In this document: piece after piece, positions 19,161 to 25,770 of the stretch
Numbering within the stretch: the first letter of the stretch is position 1
How the letters are laid out: the number at the start of each line of letters is the position of its first letter
From: Litchfieldella qijiaojingensis
GTDB taxonomy: Bacteria > Pseudomonadota > Gammaproteobacteria > Pseudomonadales > Halomonadaceae
Length of the DNA: 32,000 nucleotides
Assembly (NCBI RefSeq): GCF_014651875.1
Contig: NZ_BMXS01000002.1
Location: 228,446-260,445 of the forward strand
Direction: 5' to 3'
Notes under the pieces: generated by a model
Database searches by the model: none
The model's input: the letters and a program-made list of their open reading frames with translations, nothing else
Told to the model about the DNA's origin: nothing
Translations under genes and position numbers: made by a program

Positions 19161-22100
19161 CTACAGTGGCGTTCCTTTATCCCTGGCCATGGCATAGTGT
19201 TGAAAGGCCTGCTTGATATCCAGACGAAGCTGCTCGTCATTCCAGGGCTTGGTGAGAAACTTGTAGATCGCTCCCTCGTTGATAGCCTCAGTCACGGATT
19301 GGAGGTCCGTATAACCGGACAGCACGATGCGGATGGTATCGGGATAAAGATCCTTGACCCGGCTGAAGAATGCGGTGCCATTCATTTCCGGCATCCGCTG
19401 ATCGGAAAGTATGACCTGGACTTCATGCTTGGCCAGCAGCTCAAACGCATCATGAGCACGGCTGGCGGTAAGGATCCGATACCCTTCACGGCGTAACACG
19501 CGTGACAGTGCGCGAAGAATGTTCTCTTCGTCATCGAGCAGCAACAGAGTCTGGATGGACTCGTCACCGTCACGCCGCGGTAGCTTGACGCTCGGCGTTT
19601 CCTGATGCTGCTGGAGGTAATCCCTGAGCTTCTCCAAGGGTAATGGCTTGCTGAAGTAGTAGCCTTGATATGCATCGCACTGGCTTTTCCTTAGAAACGC
19701 AAACTGTGGCTCGGTCTCGACTCCCTCGGCAACGACTTGGAGCCCCAGATGGTGCACCATGGAAATGATGCCTTGAGTAATTGCCGCATCATGCTGATCA
19801 CGAATGATTTCCTTGATAAAAGTACGGTCGATCTTGATTTTATCGATGGGCAGCCTTTTCAAATATCCGAGACTGGAAAAGCCTGTACCGAAGTCATCGA
19901 TAGCCAGGCGGACACCAAGATTTTTCAACTCATGAAGCGTCTGTACGGCACGCTCTGCATTATCGAGAAGAATGGTTTCCGTAAGCTCTAACTCAAGGAA
20001 TTTGGCTTCGAGCTGAGTTCTTTCAAGGACTTGACGTACCAGATCGACGAAGTGGTCCCTTTGGAATTGCAGTGGAGAAATGTTGACGGCAACAGGAATA
20101 TCCACTAACCCTTGGTCGTAAAGTGACTTGATGTAGCGACAGGCAGTTTCCATCACCCAACGATTGAGCGAGAAAATCTGCCCAGTATCTTCTGCAATCG
20201 AGATGACACTGGCAGGTGAGATGAAACCAAGCTCGCTATGATGCCAGCGAAGTAGAGCTTCCATTCCTACCAAGTTCTGCCCATTAGCATCTACTTGAGG
20301 TTGAAAGTAAATTTCAAACCCACCGCATTCAATAGCTTTCTGCAACTCATTGCGAAGAGTGACTCGTTCACTGACTTGTTGGTTCAGGTCATTAGTGTAC
20401 CATTGGAAGTTATTCCTCCCCCGCTTCTTGGCCTTATACATTGCCAAGTCGGCTTGTTGAACCAAACCCAAGGGATTTTTCTCCTCACCATCACTAACGA
20501 CAATACCAGCACTCGCCGTGATTCGAAGCTCGGCATCACCGATCTGATAAGGGAGAGCGATATTCGAAAGCAACCTTTCAGTAACTTGCAGTGCATCCTC
20601 CTGGCGGAACAAATCAGGTAGTAAAACGACAAACTCATCTCCTCCTAGACGAGCCGCAGTATCACCAGGTCGAATCTGCTGTTTGAGCCGGTTAGCGACC
20701 TCGACGAGCACTTGATCTCCTGCCGCATGTCCCATGGAATCGTTGATGGGCTTGAATCCATCGAGATCCAACAAAATAACCGCCAGGCTTCGCTGATAGC
20801 GCTTCGCAAATTGACAACCCTGCACCAAACGGTCTTCAATGAGAGAGCGATTCGGAAGGCCCGTCAGAACATCATGACTGATATGGAAAGCAAGCTCCGC
20901 CTCAAAGCGTTTTTTCTCAGAGATATCGTTCAGCACACTAACATAATGAGAAACGACATCATCTTCGTCACGTACAGGCGTGATGTAAAGTTCATTCCAG
21001 AATGGAGATCCATCCTTGCGAAAATTTCGCAAGACCGTATAAATCTCTCTCTGCTCGTTCAGTCCCAGGCGGATCTGCTCTACACCAGGTTGGTGACGAT
21101 CACCAGATTGAAGAAAGCGGCAGTTCAATCCAACCACGTCTTCCGCCACATAACCAGTAATCCGTTCAAATGCGGGATTGACATAGATGAGAGGTATATC
21201 AGGTGCCAACGCATCGGCGATTGCTATCCCGTTATAGCTGGACTCGATGCTTCGCTTCAATAGGTGAAGCTGCTTTTCCGCTTCCTTCCTTTGACGGATG
21301 TCACGCAGTGAGAAAAGGAACATGGTTTCCCCATCCCATTCGGTCTGCGAGCGTTGGACCTCAACGATGACATGCCCTTCACCCTCCACGAAAACAGTCC
21401 ACTCAAAAAGACTATCATTGACTACAGGGAGCTCGAAGCACCTCTGCATCAACCTCTCTGTGGTAGACCAGAAGAGTGACACGGCTGCAGGGTTGGCATA
21501 ACGTACCAAACCTTCCGAGTCGATCACTAACAATGCATCACGGCCGTCACTAAGCAACTGATGGAAAGCTCTTTCCCGGCGTTTAGCCTCATTACTGGCT
21601 TTGATTTGTTCGGTAATATCATTCGCAAGTATCAAGCGAGCCGGTTGCTCATTGAAAACATAATCATGAGCAGTAATTTCTGCACTGACTTCACTTCCAT
21701 CTTTGCACTTGAGTACCCACACGCCCACTTTTGGCGTGGCGGAAGCACTGTCTATTTCTTGATAATGGACATGAAAACGCTGCTGCTCAGCAGGAGTGAG
21801 AAGGTCGGGAACCCGCATTCCCATGATCTCGTTGTAAGAATAACCCAGCAAGTTCAAGACGGCTCGATTTACCGCCAAGACAGCCAACGTCTCGCGGTGA
21901 TGAATGTACATGGGCTCTGGATTGGCTTCAAACAACAAGCGGTAGCGCTTTTCACTCTCGGCCAACACTTCAATGGAATGAGATCGCTCGACTGCATAAC
22001 GTATGCTACGGGCCAAAATCGAGTTGGTCATCTCTCTCTTGACCAAATAGTCTGCGGCACCGAGCTCGATGGCATTGATGTCGAGTTCATCTTCTTCCTG

Positions 22101-22370
22101 ACCAGTCAGCAGAATCAAGGGAGTACGTATACCCGCCCTTGAGGCATAATGGACTAGCTCGAGCCCAGACTCTCCCCCAAGTCGATAGCCTATCAGTACC
22201 AGATCATATTTCTCGCTACCAATAGCGGCTTTACCTTCTTCGTACGTACCAAGCCAATCAAGCTGACAAGAAAGATGATTGGCCTCGCGAAGTAGGTTCC
22301 GAATAATCAGAAAATCGTCTTCGTCGTCTTCGATCAGCAGGATACGCAGCAAGTGGTTCTGTATACTCAT
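19161..22370 (-). CDS. Multidomain c-di-GMP signalling protein: pseudo-receiver REC - PAS - PAS - LOV - GGDEF - EAL - REC (1069 aa)
   Basis: Domains read from the translation:
- N-terminal REC, aa ~8-125: acidic pocket EDD, T89 and K111 present, but Gly61 at the phospho-acceptor position (LVLIGYRLG).
- PAS domains at ~140-255 and ~262-360.
- LOV domain at ~375-487, with GLNCRFLQ, NFRKDGSPFWN.
- GGDEF domain at ~495-655: RLGGDEF, with an RPGD I-site 5 aa upstream.
- EAL domain at ~665-915: EALLRW, ELELTE, DDFGTGFSSLGYL, KIDRTF, EGVET.
- C-terminal REC at 941-1058: DD, D990 in VILSDQRMPEMNG, FLTKPW.

I saw no hydrophobic TM segment. Confidence 0.9.
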   Translation of the reverse strand: MSIQNHLLRILLIEDDEDDFLIIRNLLREANHLSCQLDWLGTYEEGKAAIGSEKYDLVLIGYRLGGESGLELVHYASRAGIRTPLILLTGQEEDELDINAIELGAADYLVKREMTNSILARSIRYAVERSHSIEVLAESEKRYRLLFEANPEPMYIHHRETLAVLAVNRAVLNLLGYSYNEIMGMRVPDLLTPAEQQRFHVHYQEIDSASATPKVGVWVLKCKDGSEVSAEITAHDYVFNEQPARLILANDITEQIKASNEAKRRERAFHQLLSDGRDALLVIDSEGLVRYANPAAVSLFWSTTERLMQRCFELPVVNDSLFEWTVFVEGEGHVIVEVQRSQTEWDGETMFLFSLRDIRQRKEAEKQLHLLKRSIESSYNGIAIADALAPDIPLIYVNPAFERITGYVAEDVVGLNCRFLQSGDRHQPGVEQIRLGLNEQREIYTVLRNFRKDGSPFWNELYITPVRDEDDVVSHYVSVLNDISEKKRFEAELAFHISHDVLTGLPNRSLIEDRLVQGCQFAKRYQRSLAVILLDLDGFKPINDSMGHAAGDQVLVEVANRLKQQIRPGDTAARLGGDEFVVLLPDLFRQEDALQVTERLLSNIALPYQIGDAELRITASAGIVVSDGEEKNPLGLVQQADLAMYKAKKRGRNNFQWYTNDLNQQVSERVTLRNELQKAIECGGFEIYFQPQVDANGQNLVGMEALLRWHHSELGFISPASVISIAEDTGQIFSLNRWVMETACRYIKSLYDQGLVDIPVAVNISPLQFQRDHFVDLVRQVLERTQLEAKFLELELTETILLDNAERAVQTLHELKNLGVRLAIDDFGTGFSSLGYLKRLPIDKIKIDRTFIKEIIRDQHDAAITQGIISMVHHLGLQVVAEGVETEPQFAFLRKSQCDAYQGYYFSKPLPLEKLRDYLQQHQETPSVKLPRRDGDESIQTLLLLDDEENILRALSRVLRREGYRILTASRAHDAFELLAKHEVQVILSDQRMPEMNGTAFFSRVKDLYPDTIRIVLSGYTDLQSVTEAINEGAIYKFLTKPWNDEQLRLDIKQAFQHYAMARDKGTPL

Positions 22371-22478
22371 CTATTTCCCGTTCCTGTTGGAAGCCCCACG
22401 ATTTCCAACCATTGCCTTTACCACATCATCGAGCCTTACGGGCCTAATGAAAGAGTTCACGTCAATAACATGGTTCAT
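22371..22478 (-). other. 35-codon ORF resembling the C-terminal tail (beta5-alpha5) of a receiver domain; either a gene remnant or a small protein
   Basis: Found by hand because it is below the track's length cutoff. ATG 22478..22476 opens MNHVIDVNSFIRPVRLDDVVKAMVGNRGASNRNGK and ends at TAG 22373..22371, directly abutting the ATG of the 1069-aa gene. GAGGAGG lies 9 nt upstream. 'VNSFI-RP-V..DDVVKAM' resembles the G(A/V)NS(Y/F)IxKPV...L..AV end of REC domains, with R in place of the conserved K. Confidence 0.3.
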
Positions 22479-22515
22479 GCATGATGGCCTCCTCAGAGAA
22501 AAGGCCAACATTCTT

Positions 22516-23643
22516 TCAATCCAGCCGAAAGCACAGGGTCACACATGTCCCCTGCCCAGGATGGCTTCTCAAAAGAACCGATCCGCGGTGGGCAGTCAGA
22601 ATATCCCTTGCCACACTCAGCCCAAGACCTGTCCCAGCGCCGACGCTACGCGTTGTGAAGAAAGGTTCGAAAACACGTGCCATGACCTCTTCAGGCATTC
22701 CGCAGCCATTATCTTCGATATTGATCTCCCACACGCCATCACGAAAACGACTTTCGACATTAATGACGCCTTCTCCATCGATAGCTTTGGCGGCATTGTC
22801 GAGAACATTGTAAAAAGCTTGAGACAATTTCGCTGGATGACCTTCAAGCTCTGGCAGTTCACTTAGATGCGATTTGATGGATAGTGTCTGATGGTGCTCC
22901 GCCTGAAGGAGGTGGCAAGCAGTCGTTAGTAATGCATTCAGGTCGCATGAGGTAAATTCGGCCTGATCAATATTGGAAAAGGTTCTCAGGTCCAACACAA
23001 TACCCGCGATTCGCTGCGCACCGCTTCTCGACTCCCCAAGCAACGCACGAAAATCTTCGAACACGATTGCCAAGTCGTCGTCAAGGGATAGTTTGGCTTC
23101 TATCTCATCGAGATAATCCCCTGCCACTGCAAGATTGCTGCCGATATAGCCAAGCGGTGTATTGACTTCATGAGCCACCCCTGCAGCCAATTGGCCGACA
23201 GCCCGCAACCTGGCACTCTCATAGAGTTGCTGCTGGGCTTTTTCGATCACCTTGACCTGCTCTTCGACCTGCTGCTGCAGTTGCTCGGATAATTTCTTGT
23301 AGCGTGCCTCCGAGGCCTGAAGCGCGGCATTCCGCTGTTGCAATTCAACGTAACTTGCTTCAGTAACATCAAGGTGCAAATTGGCCGCAAGGCGGTATTT
23401 CCCCGCATACAAGAGAAACAGCTCGAATAGCTGTATCGCTGCCCGATGCCGTTCTTTGGGAAGCGTCGTTTTCAACCATCCCAGAGTATCCAGGTTGAAC
23501 TCAAGGGGTGAGACTGACTCGTCAGGATCCTCGACCAGCTCCACATCGGCCCCACTCAACGTACTAAGCAATTGTACGAGACGCGCCCTATGGCTCGGTG
23601 CCAGGAGGTCATCCAGACTCGGATCGTCTTCCAAATTACTCAT
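22516..23643 (-). CDS. Soluble histidine kinase: unassigned N-terminal domain - coiled coil - HisKA - HATPase_c
   Basis: H-box QLAAGVAHEVNTPLGYIGSNL. The His codon CAT falls at 23172..23170 on the minus strand, and I checked it. N-box NVLDNAAKA, G1 EDNGCGM, F/G2 FEPFFTTRSVGAGTGLGLS. No TM segment. The start at 23643 (MSNLEDD) overlaps the GTPase stop by 8 nt (ATGAGTAA). The alternative start at 23664 overlaps by 29 nt. Confidence 0.85.
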   Translation of the reverse strand: MSNLEDDPSLDDLLAPSHRARLVQLLSTLSGADVELVEDPDESVSPLEFNLDTLGWLKTTLPKERHRAAIQLFELFLLYAGKYRLAANLHLDVTEASYVELQQRNAALQASEARYKKLSEQLQQQVEEQVKVIEKAQQQLYESARLRAVGQLAAGVAHEVNTPLGYIGSNLAVAGDYLDEIEAKLSLDDDLAIVFEDFRALLGESRSGAQRIAGIVLDLRTFSNIDQAEFTSCDLNALLTTACHLLQAEHHQTLSIKSHLSELPELEGHPAKLSQAFYNVLDNAAKAIDGEGVINVESRFRDGVWEINIEDNGCGMPEEVMARVFEPFFTTRSVGAGTGLGLSVARDILTAHRGSVLLRSHPGQGTCVTLCFRLD

Positions 23644-24304
23644 CAGGAATTCCACTGTCAGCACTCAGTTGATGCACGAACTCTCGAGAATCGATGGCAT
23701 GAGTAACTGCTAGGGAATATTCCTCATCCACAGCAGTGTAAAGACGCTCCAGCAATTGCCTAAAGCTCTCTACGATCCCTCTTCCATGAAGGGCGCTCGC
23801 CAGGATCAATGGCGCCCAAGGAGTTTCGGACCAACGTGCATGTAGCAAGGCTTCATCTATGACACCTTCATGATCGCGCTTGTTGTATTGTATGGTCATG
23901 GGGAATTTCTCGATATCCACCCCCTCTTTCGTCAAGTGGCTCGCTAGATTATCGAATGCAATGGCATTATTATCCTGTTGGCCGAGCTGGGAATCAGCAA
24001 CGAAAATCACACCATCCGCTCGTGAAAGCAATGCCTTACGAGTACTATCATGCTGAACCTGACCGGGCACGGTATAAAGCTTCAGCCGCAAGTCAAGTCC
24101 AGTTGCACTGCGTAGACCGATAGGTAGCATATCGAAGAACAAGGTACGGTCGTCGCGTGTCTCCAACACCATGAGCTCCCCTTTTCGCTGGGGCCTAAGG
24201 AGCGTATGCAACTGTATCAAGTTGGTCGTCTTCCCGCTCATCGCGGGACCATAATAGACGATCTTGATGACCAGTTTGTTCTCGCTTTCAGTGTAGTTAG
24301 CCAT
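23636..24304 (-). CDS. MglA-type small Ras-like GTPase (222 aa)
   Basis: From ATG 24304: MANYTESENKLVIKIVYYGPAMSGKTTNL (P-loop), ...DDRTLFFDMLP (switch I with R53/T54), LYTVPGQV (MglA-specific TxxGQ replacing DxxGQ; Q82), FVADSQ, IQYNKRD (NKxD), SAL (G5). It is collinear with Myxococcus xanthus MglA as I recall it (KIVYYGPGLCGKTTNL / DRTLFFDFLP / LYTVPGQV / FVADSQ / IQYNKRD), with identical residue numbering through Q82. A GTG at 24313 is an alternative start. Confidence 0.85.
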   Translation of the reverse strand: MANYTESENKLVIKIVYYGPAMSGKTTNLIQLHTLLRPQRKGELMVLETRDDRTLFFDMLPIGLRSATGLDLRLKLYTVPGQVQHDSTRKALLSRADGVIFVADSQLGQQDNNAIAFDNLASHLTKEGVDIEKFPMTIQYNKRDHEGVIDEALLHARWSETPWAPLILASALHGRGIVESFRQLLERLYTAVDEEYSLAVTHAIDSREFVHQLSADSGIPDE

Positions 24305-24432
24305 GTTCGACACACCCTACTCATCGTTTCTGCGAGCGCTATCCAACTGCTCTCTTCTTACCTGCCAACTCTCTGGAATGAGAGAAGGAACTCTTCGTCT
24401 TCATGACCAACGATTGCATATCACCATATCCA

Positions 24433-25770
24433 TTATTGTATTGTTTTTTCCTGAGACTTACGCACATAGAGGGTATAGCTTGCGTCTTCCGAGTCCTCGA
24501 ACTTGATCAATCTCAGGATTAACCAATCATCCAACTCTTTTCCTTCGTTGAGCAGCAACGTACCATTCTCGGCGTACAGGTCCCGCACCAGGATCATACC
24601 GGGCTCCAAGCGACGCGTATCCAACTTCAGGATTGTGTCATCGGTCATGACGGTGTCGAGATCCAGCTCCTGACACAGGCTGACGAAGCGCTCGCACAAT
24701 TGAGGGTCATACAGCCTTCCGGAATACTTCTGAAGCAACGACAGCGCTTCGTCTCGCTCCAATTTACGTTCCAGTACCATCCCTTGTTGAAGCTCAACAA
24801 AATCTACGGCCAGCCTTAACAGGCGGGCACCAAGAGGAATCTGGTTCTCCTTCAAGTGATCCGGAAATCCACTTCCATTCCATCGTTCCTGATGATGACG
24901 TATCAGCTTGGCAGCGTCCCGCAGAGGTTCCAGCGTCATCAACAAGCCTTCGCCAAGCTCGGGATAGCGGCGGTACTGTTCGAGTTCGTTCTTGTAAAGC
25001 AGATCCGACGGCTTATTGAACAAGCTATCTTCCCACGTCAGCTTGCCGAGGTTGTAAAGCGCGGCCGCCATGGAGAGATTACGACCAAGGGCCTCATCCA
25101 ATTGATAATGCTGGGCATAGGCCTTGACCAACTCGACCACCCGACTATTGGTCTGGCGATCACGTGGTAAACGCAGATTGAGCAACGACGAGAACACCTC
25201 GGTAGCAGTGACATAGCTGTGCTTCAATTCTGCATAAGCAAGATCGAGCATATCAGCAACTTGTTGAATCTCCGCCGTTCTTGCTTTTACTCGATTTTCG
25301 AGATCGGCATTCAATTCTTGCAATTGCCGATTCTGCGACAAGGTGAGTTGCTCCAGGCGTTGACGCTCACGCTCGGTAAACTGATAGGCGAGCGCTTGCC
25401 GTATGATCAGTCGCAGCTCATCGTCATCCCATGGTTTACTGATATATCGATAAATATGACCTTCATTGATGGCACGCACGGTCGTGCTGATATCGGCATA
25501 GCCGGTGAGCAGGATACGCAGACAGTTCGGCCACTTCTGCTGGATATTGGCCAGTAGTGTGGCACCATCCATGCCGGGCATTCGAGCATCGGATATCACA
25601 AGATCAACATCCTTCTCCTCCATCAGCCCAAGTGCTTTTTCACCACTCGTGGCCATCAATAGAGTGTAAGGCTCGTTTCTCAGCACGCGCCTAAGGCTAT
25701 TGAGCATATTCTCTTCATCATCCACCAACAACAGCGTTGCGGTGGCTGTTTCCGGGCATTGCTCACTCAT
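24433..25770 (-). CDS. Response regulator: REC + degenerate HD-GYP-like domain + ~100-aa C-terminal extension (445 aa)
   Basis: The REC domain has DD (17-18), D61 in DLVISDARMPGMDG, T89 and ISKPW. A coiled-coil linker follows. The HD-GYP-like domain has substituted metal ligands: AALYNLGK instead of AALLHDIGK (the YN codons TAC AAC at 25056..25051 were checked), and HHQERWNGSGFP instead of HHERxDGxGYP. The ATG (25770..25768) overlaps the upstream kinase's TGA (ATGA). Confidence 0.85.
   Translation of the reverse strand: MSEQCPETATATLLLVDDEENMLNSLRRVLRNEPYTLLMATSGEKALGLMEEKDVDLVISDARMPGMDGATLLANIQQKWPNCLRILLTGYADISTTVRAINEGHIYRYISKPWDDDELRLIIRQALAYQFTERERQRLEQLTLSQNRQLQELNADLENRVKARTAEIQQVADMLDLAYAELKHSYVTATEVFSSLLNLRLPRDRQTNSRVVELVKAYAQHYQLDEALGRNLSMAAALYNLGKLTWEDSLFNKPSDLLYKNELEQYRRYPELGEGLLMTLEPLRDAAKLIRHHQERWNGSGFPDHLKENQIPLGARLLRLAVDFVELQQGMVLERKLERDEALSLLQKYSGRLYDPQLCERFVSLCQELDLDTVMTDDTILKLDTRRLEPGMILVRDLYAENGTLLLNEGKELDDWLILRLIKFEDSEDASYTLYVRKSQEKTIQ

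Noticed and set aside
24314-24432. 21-codon ORF (MKTKSSFSHSRELAGKKRAVG) in the gap between the RR and the GTPase gene
   Set aside because: It has no Shine-Dalgarno sequence and no recognisable features. It is more likely just the intercistronic spacer carrying the GTPase RBS (AGGGTG).
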